Of a stretch of 64,000 nt of DNA, positions 1 to 9,991 are shown one piece after another; position 1 is the first letter of the stretch; the number at the start of each line of letters is the position of its first letter. The notes beneath the pieces are model-generated. The model was not told where the DNA came from, made no database searches, and saw nothing but the letters and a program-made list of their open reading frames with translations. The translations under genes and the position numbers were made by a program. The DNA lies in the IMG/VR virus record IMGVR_UViG_3300045999_010033, positions 124,001 to 188,000 of that record, one strand, 5' to 3'.

Positions 1-1
1 C

Positions 2-328
2 ACTAAAATCGTTAAACCTGAAGGGAAGTCCCCATTCTTCAAAATATGCCCATTCGTAATCTATTCCACACGTTTGTAAGTAACGATTTCCATATACGAA
101 TGTATCTAACTTTACCCAATCTGAAATTTCAATCGAAAGACACGTATTGGCATCTATATGATTTTGGTTAATAATATATTCGTTACATTCAGTTCTAACG
201 TAGTAAAATGATATAGTTGTATTAAGTTCATGTTCAGTAGATGAAGACCATACTGGTACTATTAACTTTATTTTTTCTTTACTATCTGCTAACTGCTGCA
301 GCTGTGTATTTGATTCAATTAAAAACAT
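2..328 (-). CDS. 5' part of a gene running off the window edge; possibly the N-terminus of a family A DNA polymerase / 3'-5' exonuclease
   Basis: Not in the ORF track. Hand translation from ATG at 328 gives an open frame to the edge: MFLIESNTQLQQLADSKEKIKLIVPVWSSSTEHELNTTISFYYVRTECNEYIINQNHIDANTC... The product call is recalled similarity to PolA N-termini of related large phages and is weak. Confidence 0.45.
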   Translation of the reverse strand, partial: MFLIESNTQLQQLADSKEKIKLIVPVWSSSTEHELNTTISFYYVRTECNEYIINQNHIDANTCLSIEISDWVKLDTFVYGNRYLQTCGIDYEWAYFEEWGLPFRFNDFS

Positions 329-331
329 AAC

Positions 332-363
332 CAATTCTACAAAAAATTTTCGAATTTTCCAAA
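332..363 (-). promoter_or_regulatory. Bacteroidota-type -33/-7 promoter candidate
   Basis: Minus strand reads TTTG-N20-TAGAATTG, 3 nt before the ATG at 328; consensus is TTTG-N19-21-TAnnTTTG (one mismatch). Confidence 0.45.
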
Positions 364-738
364 TTACCCTTTGTGAAACTGTAAAAGGTTTGGCAAATAT
401 AAGGAAATATTTTTTAATTGAGAACTCGCTATCGATATTGATGATTTGTTTGATGCAATCACACCTCTATCCGATAATTCCCCATCTTTGTATATGGATT
501 CAGTTGGTCCGGATATTCTCCATTGTATTTGCAATACTTTCCAAAATGGATTTGTTTCATAAATTGTAAATTCATTTTCTGAAACTTCGAATATAAATGA
601 GTTTTCATCGTTTGCTTTTTGAATGAAAAAACGATTTATAAACCCAATAGAGTAATCATCATCGGTTGGATTTGGTACAATGGTTTTTGGTACTTTTAAA
701 GTAAAATTTTCAATATTTTTTGCTATATTTTTGTACAT
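364..738 (-). CDS. hypothetical protein (124 aa), probably baseplate-associated
   Basis: Tightly coupled ORF 1 nt after the hub gene stop; no recognisable motif. Confidence 0.75.
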   Translation of the reverse strand: MYKNIAKNIENFTLKVPKTIVPNPTDDDYSIGFINRFFIQKANDENSFIFEVSENEFTIYETNPFWKVLQIQWRISGPTESIYKDGELSDRGVIASNKSSISIASSQLKNISLYLPNLLQFHKG

Positions 739-739
739 A

Positions 740-3124
740 TTAATTTGTAATTAACCATTGTGCAGTTAGTTCTGTCGACCATCCATCCGATGATATATTG
801 TGCTTTATATTCGTTATTTGAAATACCCCATCTCTATTATATGTTTCGGGGACACCATCTATTTTAAAATACTCACCCGCCGTAAATCCACTAATTCCAT
901 CAATCGTAACCGTTACTTCTATCGGTGTTAAAAAACTTTTAGTACCGGTAATTTCGGTTTTTTGACTAATTAATCCTTCAATTTTAGATTTGTATAAATA
1001 AATTAATGATGCTAAATTTTTATCGGAAGGTTTTAATTTAAAATTAATTTGTTTTGATTTTATCAATTTTACAAATGGTGTTTGTTCTTCTTCTGATGAT
1101 TCTGTATTTTTGTTTTTGTTCGCTTCATTTCTCGCAATGCCTTCATTATAATCGCGAATTAGTTTTTCTTTATTTGCTTTTAATTTTTCAACATCTATAT
1201 GGTTTATAGAATACCATCCATCCGCAGTTGTGTATTGAGAAAAATCAACAGACAAGTATGTATTTTTTTCTAATTGATTAAACCACTCATTTGCTGTGGG
1301 TTGTTGTGGTTGATTGTTTGCGGTTGCTTTTGATGATTTACTATTTTTAGAATTAGTGGAAATAATGGCGTTTTTTATTAAAACATAATTATTAAATACG
1401 GATTGTCCCGCAACCAAATCATCAAGTTCTTGAGTAAACTTAAACTCCTTTACAATCGAAGCAACGCTAAATGGTTTGAATCTATAATCTTTTGCATTAC
1501 AATTTTCTTGTAATCTTTTTTCTTCTTTACTTCTAATTTTAAAATCTAATAATCCAATTGGCTTTCCTTCTTTTGAAGATGCATTATGCAATTCAAACAA
1601 ACCCAATGAATTATCGTTCAATAATGATTTAATTTGATTTATAAAATCCAATCTTGAAAATGTTCTATTCCAAATTTTTACAACTTCTTCATATAGAATA
1701 AATATATTTAATGCATTCCCTAATTTATAACCTTTATCTGTATCTTTTAATATAATTTCTACTTTTTCATTTTTCTCATTATATCTGTATACTTGTTTTG
1801 AATCATAAAAACTATATCCATTTATTGGATAATTTTCTATTTTTTTAAATATAATTTCATTCTTATCTTTATCAGAAACATCAAATGTAGGAACACTTCC
1901 GGGAAATATAACGGATTTGCTAGTAGAAATTAAATATTCGTGAGAACGTACCGGTATATATTCGATATCTTTACCATCAACATTGTATTTATCAACATTA
2001 TACTCTAAACCCGGCACCGCAGTTGTAGAATAGTTCATTAAAATTTTTACTATAAATCTTAATGAAACGTATCTATCCAACGATATCACTTCTCCTTTTT
2101 GTTCTTTGTTTTCCACTCCCCAATTAAAAAAATCATCTTTCCAATCAGGTTTACCATTTGGTAAAACTCCGGTTATTAACTTGTTAAATATATCAGGATT
2201 CAAATCTAAATCGGATATCATTTGATTTTTTGCTATGTTGAAGAAATCTTCGGCAGTTTTAGGAGGTGATTTGGTTTTACCTTTTTTTGGAATAGATGCT
2301 TGACTTTTTTGGGATGGTTTAAGTTTTGAGATTGCTAAATTATATTGATTTCCTTGAGATATTTCTAACATAACCGAATATACTCCACCTTCTTCGGACG
2401 TGAGTGAATAATCGGTTACCGTTCCTAAACTATTTTCATATGTTCCTAAACTTTTTTCTGCTTTTTCATAATAATTTTTAGTATAATTTTCTTCTCCAAT
2501 GGATGCACTAATATATGTTTGTGTAAAATTATCCCAAGATGTGTTGTTTGTAATTAGGGCCTGTTCGGGTTTACTAAAATATTTTGCGTTACCATCATTT
2601 ACTTTTTTTGAAAGTAAACTACTATCACCGAATTCAACTAATAAATGCATACCTGGTCTTAGGAAAAAAACCTCAAACATTTCTAATTGTTTTAAGGAAA
2701 AGCATTTTACATTTACTCTAGTTGTTTTAAGAGTATTATTTGCACCATCGGTATCAATTTCAATACTTTCTATTATAGGTGTACTAATTCTACGATTTAC
2801 TTCCCCGTCAATTGTTATAGGTTTACCTTCCAAATCATACCCCAATAGGGTTTCTCTTAATTGATAATTTTCTTTTATTGAAGTTTTATTGGATATTACA
2901 CATCCACGATATATTTCTTTGTTGTTAGTGTTACCTGCTATTAAAGATTCTAATTCCTTTACTCTATCTTCGTTTTTATCTTTACGTTCACCCTTTACAA
3001 CTACTGCAGTAGATACTAAAATTGCATAAGGCATTTTAAATGTAAGAAGATTTGGGTTTTTTTCTCTTTCTTCTAAAACATTAACTACCCAACATTTTAG
3101 TGGAGTTACATATGGAAATGGCAT
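740..3124 (-). CDS. baseplate hub protein (T4 gp27 / late control D-like)
   Basis: 794 aa; C-terminal PIEVTVTIDGISGFTAGEYFKIDGVP...GVFQITNIKHNISSDGWSTEL is typical of hub C-termini; follows tape measure, tube initiator and LysM genes. Confidence 0.6.
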   Translation of the reverse strand: MPFPYVTPLKCWVVNVLEEREKNPNLLTFKMPYAILVSTAVVVKGERKDKNEDRVKELESLIAGNTNNKEIYRGCVISNKTSIKENYQLRETLLGYDLEGKPITIDGEVNRRISTPIIESIEIDTDGANNTLKTTRVNVKCFSLKQLEMFEVFFLRPGMHLLVEFGDSSLLSKKVNDGNAKYFSKPEQALITNNTSWDNFTQTYISASIGEENYTKNYYEKAEKSLGTYENSLGTVTDYSLTSEEGGVYSVMLEISQGNQYNLAISKLKPSQKSQASIPKKGKTKSPPKTAEDFFNIAKNQMISDLDLNPDIFNKLITGVLPNGKPDWKDDFFNWGVENKEQKGEVISLDRYVSLRFIVKILMNYSTTAVPGLEYNVDKYNVDGKDIEYIPVRSHEYLISTSKSVIFPGSVPTFDVSDKDKNEIIFKKIENYPINGYSFYDSKQVYRYNEKNEKVEIILKDTDKGYKLGNALNIFILYEEVVKIWNRTFSRLDFINQIKSLLNDNSLGLFELHNASSKEGKPIGLLDFKIRSKEEKRLQENCNAKDYRFKPFSVASIVKEFKFTQELDDLVAGQSVFNNYVLIKNAIISTNSKNSKSSKATANNQPQQPTANEWFNQLEKNTYLSVDFSQYTTADGWYSINHIDVEKLKANKEKLIRDYNEGIARNEANKNKNTESSEEEQTPFVKLIKSKQINFKLKPSDKNLASLIYLYKSKIEGLISQKTEITGTKSFLTPIEVTVTIDGISGFTAGEYFKIDGVPETYNRDGVFQITNIKHNISSDGWSTELTAQWLITN

Positions 3125-3127
3125 AAA

Positions 3128-3430
3128 CTATTTATTAATTTTTTCTAAGTTATTTATAATCAAAGATGTATTTGTTGGTATTCTCAACTGCCTGCCCGGT
3201 TCTACTGCTAACGTTGCATCATTTAAGTTGTTAGCGTTTGCAATAATCCACCACATACGAGTATCACCATAATATTTGCTGGCGAGTAAATCTAATCGGT
3301 CTCCTTGTCCACTTATTATATAGATATCATCATCGGTTGGTAATACTTTAGGATAAATAGTTGATTCAAAATATTTAGTTTTTGTTTCTTTTTGCTCCTT
3401 TGAATTTGTGTATATGTATCTGCTGGCCAT
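3128..3430 (-). CDS. LysM-like baseplate protein (gp53 / tail protein X-like)
   Basis: GDRLDLLASKYYGDTRMWWIIANAN...GRQLRIP is the LysM-like signature of contractile-tail baseplate proteins. Confidence 0.8.
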   Translation of the reverse strand: MASRYIYTNSKEQKETKTKYFESTIYPKVLPTDDDIYIISGQGDRLDLLASKYYGDTRMWWIIANANNLNDATLAVEPGRQLRIPTNTSLIINNLEKINK

Positions 3431-3443
3431 TTATATTATTTTT

Positions 3444-4931
3444 TTATCTTGTTACAAATTCAGTTCTATTTGATGTTTGTGTTCTAAATGGTGCGTTCGG
3501 TTGCGAATTTTGAGAATTTGCCATTACATAATTTTTTTCAGAAGTTTTTTCTGTTTTTGCTTGGTTCACTTTGGGGTCAGGACGTGGGTAGTCTGATTCT
3601 ATTTCATCAATATTACCACCATTTGTAAAATTATAATTGTATCTATACACGTTTGGTGTACTTTGATCTTTTGTAATTCCAAAATTTGGAATAATTTTAA
3701 ATCCTAAGCTAACGTCAATTACAGTTGGATATGGTGCATCGTTATTTTTTTCAAAACTAGTGAATTCATCATTTTTTCTATCTCTATCATATTGCACTCC
3801 CCAACTGATATTATCATCTATTGTGAATGATAATTCTTCTATGTATGCAAAAAGATTATTGTACAATCCAGTTATTGTAAAATATACTAAATTTGGTGAA
3901 AATGCCAATGAATTAATTTGATTACCATAAGATACTGCAGATAATTCTTCATTAGGAAAGACCCACTGCCTTAAAGCATTTAAATTATCTATCATTGTGG
4001 ATTTACTTATTTGATCGGTATAGTATAATTTTAAATTAAATTTAACATTACGTTCTACACCTGTGTATCTATATACATTGAATGGAGAACCTACATATTT
4101 AAAATTTGTCCATTCGGGAGAAAAATCTTCAGATAATCCAGTAATTGTACCAGGTAAAACTATTTTTTTATCTTTGTTTCCATATTGAGTAATAATAACC
4201 CTTGTTATATTATTTAAATCTTCTCGTTCTCTATACGATAGAATATTTTGTATTATATTATTATTTGCAGTATCCCATGACGCATCATCTTCTCTCTTTT
4301 GAATTTTAGTTCGTGTATGATTAGGCGAACCTGATACTATTTCATAAATTGGAAAATATTCGGTAAACTTTATTGTTTCTTTTTTTGGAGGTTCAGTTCC
4401 TATTTGAGATAGTGTAGCTTGCGCACCATAAGTTGAGTTTTCATTTGGTTTATTTTTTAATGAATTTTTAAGTCTATTAAGTGATTTTGCGGTAGATAGT
4501 GGATTTCGTAAAGCATCTGCCGCAATATTTGCTGCAGTTTGCAATGGATTGCTAGTTCCTTGATTTACTCTTTGAATAAATGAAGCAGGATTTGGTGATT
4601 GTTTTACATAATAATTTTCTTCAGGATTAATTATATCTTTTATTTTTCCTTTTTCTATTGCAATACCGTTGGCTATTGTAATTGGTTTAGTGAATGGTTT
4701 ATTATTCTTAAAAATAGTGTCCGATGGGTGTGTTGCACTACCACCTAATAATCCGGCAACTTGTCCTCCTATTAAATCTGCGATTGAATTTGGAGATGAT
4801 GCTAGAAGTGCAATTTGTCTTGGTATGTTTATTACACCACGCGATTCAATAAAAACAGAACTTTTACCATATATTTCGTTTTCAAGTTTATTTTTAGTTG
4901 CGTTATTATATAAATCCATTATTGTTGCCAT
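3444..4931 (-). CDS. tail tube initiator-like baseplate protein (gp48/gp54-like C-terminal domain)
   Basis: 495 aa; ITGLSEDFSPEWTNFKYVGSPFNVYRYTGVERNVKFNL tube-fold motif; lies between tape measure and LysM genes. Confidence 0.55.
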   Translation of the reverse strand: MATIMDLYNNATKNKLENEIYGKSSVFIESRGVINIPRQIALLASSPNSIADLIGGQVAGLLGGSATHPSDTIFKNNKPFTKPITIANGIAIEKGKIKDIINPEENYYVKQSPNPASFIQRVNQGTSNPLQTAANIAADALRNPLSTAKSLNRLKNSLKNKPNENSTYGAQATLSQIGTEPPKKETIKFTEYFPIYEIVSGSPNHTRTKIQKREDDASWDTANNNIIQNILSYREREDLNNITRVIITQYGNKDKKIVLPGTITGLSEDFSPEWTNFKYVGSPFNVYRYTGVERNVKFNLKLYYTDQISKSTMIDNLNALRQWVFPNEELSAVSYGNQINSLAFSPNLVYFTITGLYNNLFAYIEELSFTIDDNISWGVQYDRDRKNDEFTSFEKNNDAPYPTVIDVSLGFKIIPNFGITKDQSTPNVYRYNYNFTNGGNIDEIESDYPRPDPKVNQAKTEKTSEKNYVMANSQNSQPNAPFRTQTSNRTEFVTR

Positions 4932-4950
4932 CTTTGTATATCTTTATAAA

Positions 4951-7900
4951 TTAACCTACAATTGTATCTACTGCAGTAACTTTATTTATATTTTTACTCA
5001 ATACCCTGCCATCTAATACAAGAGTTGGAGTTCCTCCTGCTTTTTCTACAAGTTGTCCAAGTAATTCAACCATTGCTTCTTGTAAAAATTTCATTTTGTT
5101 TTGCATTGTCAATTGTTGAGATGCTGCCAGCTTCATTTCATTGAGTGTGAATTTTCCTCTTAAATCATCATTTTTTGTTTGTAATTGCATTTCTTTAAAC
5201 ATAGCAATTCCACGCGCATGATCATTATTTTTAATTTCTGTCAAAATCGATTCGGCGGTTGGTATGACTACTTCACTTTTACCACCTTCTACTTTTGGAC
5301 CAGGAGAACCTGCGGCTCCGGCGCTAGGTGCACCACCGGTTGTAGTCCCACCGGTGGTAGTTCCCCCACTTGTTGTAGTTCCGCCGGATGTTGCCATTCC
5401 TGCACCAAAGGCATCATTTTTCATTAAAGAATTATAATCAAAATATATTTTGTTTATTTTTCCCTCTCTATCATATAACCTTTGCAATGATTCTTTATAA
5501 AGTTTTACTTGATTTTCACTACCCTGCTTTGTCCAATACTTTATTTGATCTAGCATATTTTGTTCATATATTTTCGAAGCTTCTGGTAATACTCTTTCTA
5601 CTTTTGTATATTTTCTTACCGATTCTACCTCACTTTTATCATATTTACTTAAATCTTTGTTATATGCTATATCTTGGCTTATTTTACTTAATCTATCATA
5701 TTGATCTTTATTATATTGAACCATTTGTGTGCCAAATTGGGTGTTCATGTACTCTTGCATTCTACCTTCTACACTTACGTTTTTTCCGGCTTTTTTCTCC
5801 TCGGATGCCTGTCTTATTACATCGAATAAACCTGTCATTGATAGAGCAGCGTCCGTGCCTTTTATTTTACCACTTTGTTGAAGCATATCAATACTGCGCA
5901 GCATACCCTCCATTTTGGCGTTTACTGCCGGGATTTCAGAACTGAGGCCGTATCCACTCATTATTTTTGATGTTTGGTTTTTAACATCAGAACCATAATA
6001 TGCGGTAAGGCTTGTTGCAGATTCAACCAATTTATTTGCAGCTTCTAACGCATCTTCTCTACTTTTTTCATACTCCATCGTCCATTTAATTCTCCACGCC
6101 TCTTGATATTTTATACTATCCAACTGCATTGCGTGCTCGGCCATCATCATTACTAGTCTTTGCTGCTGCTCAAATTCTAATAATTTTTTTCTTTGTTGTT
6201 GTTCTAATGCTAATTTTGCACCAGCATTTGCTATCTCTTGCTGTAAAGCGGCGTTTGCTATTGCTTTTCCTGCTTCTTTTTCTGCAGTCAATTCATCTTT
6301 TACTTCACCGGTTCCACCTTGCATTAAATTCATCAAAGATTTCATATCCATACCGGTGGCGTCAGTTAGGGCTTGTTTTTGAAACACGGTTAAAGATTGC
6401 ATATCAACTCCACCTAAAGCAGAGCGCAGTGCTTCGGCTGCCATATCGGTTTCTCCCATTGCAAGTCTTGCTCTAACTTCCGAAAGGTCGACTGATCTAC
6501 CCATTAGCGCTCCAAGACGCATTTCGGCTTTAATACTATCTTTATAGTTTAATACCATTGATTCGGTTGCCTTTAACATGGAAGACATTGACACTCCCAT
6601 CTTTGTCAAAGCAACCGCTTGTTTTACTAATGCCTTTGTTGTAAGATTAGTATATTTGTAGATATCTTCTCCAGATTCTTTTATTTGATTAAATACGGCC
6701 TGTGGGGCTACATCATTAAGATTGGCAAATTTAGTAATACCATTTACTAAATTTGATGCCATATCTGCAGATATATTACTCATTGATTTGAACAATCCAA
6801 CCATTTCCAAAACATCATCTGCACTTCCTCCTAATCTATATCCAACACCTGCAGCGTTTTGTGCTAATTTAAAACTATCTTTTGTAGTTGTACCTAATGC
6901 AATGCTAAACTTACCAACTGCCTCTATTATTTGTTTCGCAGAAGAACCAACCGCTCGTAACGCCCTTTCCGATAGAGTTAAATACTTACTTGCACCGTTT
7001 ATTCCTGCCGCAGATATAGCTTTTCTTCTATCAAGTTCGGCATCTAATGTTTCAGTTTGTTGATTTAATTCGAATTGCAGAGCATCTTTTCTTAGGTCTA
7101 ATTCATATTGTATTTGGTCTTTTACTAAACTTTGTTCGTATTCAAATAAATTAAGAGACCCTTGTTTTCTCCAATCAAATAACTCTTGCTCACGTTGTTG
7201 TTGTATTTGTAGCGGCTTTAGTATTGCATATTCTGCAGTACGTTTTCTAAATGATTCTGTACCTTCAAGCGATTTTTGCATTTCCGCAACACCACTTGGT
7301 CCAAAATCTTGCTTTCCAAATGTCGCCTTAAACGTCGCCAAATCTCTTGCAAAGTTGCCGGAGTTCCAATAGTCGTAAGCCATTTTCAATCCACTTATTA
7401 CTGCTCCAATTGGTCCTGCCAATCTTACAAGACTTCCTGCCATAGTACCCAACCCACCTAACGCCTTGCCCATCATGCCTGCCCCAAAACCACCACCTGC
7501 TCCTGCACCTGCACCTGCTCCTGATTTACCAATAAATCCCGCAAGCTTTGATTCAAATTTTTTTCCAAAAATACTTTGAAGTCCTTTCGTTGCCCTTGGT
7601 CCTAAAATATCTTTTATTTTTTCAACACCTTTGGCAGTTTCTTTTGCTTCTTTATTATTTTTACGTTGTTGCTCACCTATTTTTTTAAATTGCTCATATA
7701 ACTTGCGACCTGCTTCGGTTGATGTATCTATACTATCTATAAAACTCTGATAACCCTCTACGTTTGTTGAAATTATAGAAGAAAGTTGCTCCATTGTTAT
7801 ATTACCCTTTTCAAACTTTGCTTGCGCACTTGCAATGGATGTTTCCATAGCAGCGTATTGTTTCGCTGCTTGTTCGGATTGAGTTCTTAAACGATTATTA

Positions 7901-8271
7901 CCACTTACTAATTCGGATGATATACTTGCGGTTTCTTTTAAATTATCTATTACTCTTTCTTGAGCATTTTGTATTTTTTCGTATGCTTTTGATTGTGTAC
8001 CTAATTTATTACCAACACTTGTTAATAGTTCATCAAAATTACTTGCTTCTTGATTTATTCGGTTTTGTATTGTTTGAATGCGCTTTAATCCACGTTCTTG
8101 TTTTTCAAGTGCAGATATTTGCTTAACTAAACTTTGTAGTTGATCTTCTGATGCATTTATAGAATTATCAAATTCCTTCTTTAATTCTTTTATTTTAGCT
8201 CTTAATTCCCGTAATGATTTACTGGCATTTTCTATCTCATCTACCGATATTTTGGAATCTTTTTTAGGCAT
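4951..8271 (-). CDS. tail tape measure protein
   Basis: 1106 aa, long coiled-coil/helical Ala/Lys/Glu/Gln-rich protein with Gly-rich hydrophobic segments and terminal LVLDGRVL motif; follows tube and chaperone genes. Confidence 0.85.
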   Translation of the reverse strand: MPKKDSKISVDEIENASKSLRELRAKIKELKKEFDNSINASEDQLQSLVKQISALEKQERGLKRIQTIQNRINQEASNFDELLTSVGNKLGTQSKAYEKIQNAQERVIDNLKETASISSELVSGNNRLRTQSEQAAKQYAAMETSIASAQAKFEKGNITMEQLSSIISTNVEGYQSFIDSIDTSTEAGRKLYEQFKKIGEQQRKNNKEAKETAKGVEKIKDILGPRATKGLQSIFGKKFESKLAGFIGKSGAGAGAGAGGGFGAGMMGKALGGLGTMAGSLVRLAGPIGAVISGLKMAYDYWNSGNFARDLATFKATFGKQDFGPSGVAEMQKSLEGTESFRKRTAEYAILKPLQIQQQREQELFDWRKQGSLNLFEYEQSLVKDQIQYELDLRKDALQFELNQQTETLDAELDRRKAISAAGINGASKYLTLSERALRAVGSSAKQIIEAVGKFSIALGTTTKDSFKLAQNAAGVGYRLGGSADDVLEMVGLFKSMSNISADMASNLVNGITKFANLNDVAPQAVFNQIKESGEDIYKYTNLTTKALVKQAVALTKMGVSMSSMLKATESMVLNYKDSIKAEMRLGALMGRSVDLSEVRARLAMGETDMAAEALRSALGGVDMQSLTVFQKQALTDATGMDMKSLMNLMQGGTGEVKDELTAEKEAGKAIANAALQQEIANAGAKLALEQQQRKKLLEFEQQQRLVMMMAEHAMQLDSIKYQEAWRIKWTMEYEKSREDALEAANKLVESATSLTAYYGSDVKNQTSKIMSGYGLSSEIPAVNAKMEGMLRSIDMLQQSGKIKGTDAALSMTGLFDVIRQASEEKKAGKNVSVEGRMQEYMNTQFGTQMVQYNKDQYDRLSKISQDIAYNKDLSKYDKSEVESVRKYTKVERVLPEASKIYEQNMLDQIKYWTKQGSENQVKLYKESLQRLYDREGKINKIYFDYNSLMKNDAFGAGMATSGGTTTSGGTTTGGTTTGGAPSAGAAGSPGPKVEGGKSEVVIPTAESILTEIKNNDHARGIAMFKEMQLQTKNDDLRGKFTLNEMKLAASQQLTMQNKMKFLQEAMVELLGQLVEKAGGTPTLVLDGRVLSKNINKVTAVDTIVG

Positions 8272-8305
8272 TATTACTTTTTAAGAAAATTTGATATTTG
8301 TTTAT

Positions 8306-8313
8306 TATAAATA
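8306..8313 (-). promoter_or_regulatory. TATTTATA putative late promoter (tape measure)
   Basis: Exact motif 34 nt upstream of the ATG; one of 13 copies at gene junctions. Confidence 0.55.
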
Positions 8314-8481
8314 TCACCTCCTTCTTATTTTGGAAGATGAGCCCGATTTAGAAATACTTTCGTATTGCTTCTTTTCTTCCTCTTTTGCTTTAAGTAATTC
8401 CCTCCAATAAAACTCTCGCAATTTTGTGGGCATATAATATAAATCATGCCAGGTGAATCCACCATTGGCATTATACGTCAT
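8314..8481 (-). CDS. small tail-assembly chaperone-like ORF (gp51-like C-terminal part); possibly made only as a frameshift fusion to the upstream gene
   Basis: ATG start gives 55 aa (MTYNANGGFTWHDLYYMPTKLREFYWRELLKAKEEE); the frame stays open back through the T7 run at the end of the upstream gene. Confidence 0.6.
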   Translation of the reverse strand: MTYNANGGFTWHDLYYMPTKLREFYWRELLKAKEEEKKQYESISKSGSSSKIRRR

Positions 8482-8515
8482 TTGAAATATTTTTTGATGT
8501 AGAATTACACTATAA

Positions 8516-9340
8516 TCAATCGGTAGGATAAAAAAAGTCAATACCAAACGGTATCTTTAGTGCCTCCGTTTCACCGGTGAATGGGGATACGTAATCAAAT
8601 GTAAGATCTAAATCGGGAGTTATTTCGGCTACGTATTTTCTTATAGCTCTACTATCTGCCGCCCTTAATTGATTCATAACAAAATTACTGATATATCCAA
8701 TATCACGATTTCCATTAACTTCGGTGATTAAGTGTCTATACCTTGTTGTAATTTCGTTTGATTGTTTTGTTAATTTTTCGCTTGCTTCTATATCTTTGTT
8801 GATGGAGATTTCATCACCATGCGTCAATATTTTACATTTGATAGGTATGCCGGATTGTGGAAGAACAAAATCATATTCGTTTGACCTATTAAGAAGTTCA
8901 AAATTAATTTCTTTTATTTTAATTTTTGTAAGGTCTACTGATACTTCTACCGGCTCTTTTTCATATGGGTCAGTAACTGTAACACTATACTCGGGTCCAA
9001 ACGCTAATATTCTTGATGTAACAAGAATGGCATTTTTATCACCTATTACTAAATCATTAATGTTTACTCCCGGCTCAACTACAATCGATTCTAATAATTT
9101 ATCAAGTTGAATACCTTTCTTTATCAAATTAGTTGATGTTAGAATATCTTCCTCTTTCGCTGTCATTAATTTAATAGTAATTTCACCACTAGAAAGTGGA
9201 TTAGTTTCGGGATAGCACAACCCCTTTGAAGGCAATGAAATTACTTCAGTTGGAAAAGGAAAATCTCTTTTTTGAATTTGCTGCACTTGTGGTTTATTAA
9301 GACCTCTTGAAACTTGTTGCTCTACATTTTGTTCTTGCAT
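8516..9340 (-). CDS. tail assembly chaperone / baseplate hub assembly protein (gp26/gp51-like)
   Basis: 274 aa; FPTEVISLPSKG...MTAKEEDIL, two-lobed repeat, ends PFGIDFFYPTD; sits between tube and tape measure. Confidence 0.7.
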   Translation of the reverse strand: MQEQNVEQQVSRGLNKPQVQQIQKRDFPFPTEVISLPSKGLCYPETNPLSSGEITIKLMTAKEEDILTSTNLIKKGIQLDKLLESIVVEPGVNINDLVIGDKNAILVTSRILAFGPEYSVTVTDPYEKEPVEVSVDLTKIKIKEINFELLNRSNEYDFVLPQSGIPIKCKILTHGDEISINKDIEASEKLTKQSNEITTRYRHLITEVNGNRDIGYISNFVMNQLRAADSRAIRKYVAEITPDLDLTFDYVSPFTGETEALKIPFGIDFFYPTD

Positions 9341-9371
9341 ATAATAACTTTATTTTAGTTAACTATTTGTA

Positions 9372-9379
9372 TATAAATA
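9372..9379 (-). promoter_or_regulatory. TATTTATA putative late promoter (tail chaperone)
   Basis: Exact motif just downstream of the tube terminator. Confidence 0.6.
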
Positions 9380-9404
9380 TATAATACTTTAATTTTTAGA
9401 CAAT

Positions 9405-9434
9405 AAAAAACCCCAGCCTTACGGGGCTAGGGTT
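9405..9434 (-). terminator. rho-independent terminator after the tail tube gene
   Basis: Minus strand AACCCTAGCC-ccgtaa-GGCTGGGGTT followed by a T run. Confidence 0.85.
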
Positions 9435-9458
9435 AGTTTTAGGGTTTATAGATTATAA

Positions 9459-9947
9459 TTAATACTCAAGAATTGCGTAATCATAGGAAAGCGTCAATTC
9501 AATTGAAACCGGGTCGTTACCTGCCCAATCCATATCACCAAAGTTCGCTGATGATATAAACGCTCCTTTCAAAGTCCATTGTTCAATCTTATCACCAACT
9601 GGTCCAAGTGCGTAGAAGTTTACATCCTTTTTATAGAATGCAGCATATCCATCACGACCGGTTAGAGATTCATGCGATTGGCGAATCCAATCCATTACTT
9701 GCTGCGCTCCACTTGGAACGATGGGGTCGTAAAGTGTGATGTTCACATCATCCCATGTTGATTTTCCCTTTATCTTTCTTTTTACGTTAATGTGATCGAG
9801 TTCAACAACTTCGGATGTTAACGTTGGGCGAGCTGCGGTTTTAACAAGATAGGAATCAATTCCATTTATTTCCATAATGAACCTGTTTGTAAGCTTAGGT
9901 TCAAAATTTCTGAAAAACATCTTGTCGTATTCTAATATTTCTGGCAT
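9459..9947 (-). CDS. gp19: tail tube protein (T4 gp19-like)
   Basis: 162 aa; EPKLTNRF, GKSTWDDVNITLYD, EQWTLKGAFISSANFGDMDW, LTLSYDYA; directly after sheath. Confidence 0.9.
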   Translation of the reverse strand: MPEILEYDKMFFRNFEPKLTNRFIMEINGIDSYLVKTAARPTLTSEVVELDHINVKRKIKGKSTWDDVNITLYDPIVPSGAQQVMDWIRQSHESLTGRDGYAAFYKKDVNFYALGPVGDKIEQWTLKGAFISSANFGDMDWAGNDPVSIELTLSYDYAILEY

Positions 9948-9969
9948 CTTATTAAGTTTTTTACTTTAT

Positions 9970-9977
9970 TATAAATA
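9970..9977 (-). promoter_or_regulatory. TATTTATA putative late promoter (tube)
   Basis: Exact motif in the 44-nt sheath-tube gap. Confidence 0.6.
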
Positions 9978-9991
9978 TTCAGTTTTCAAAA

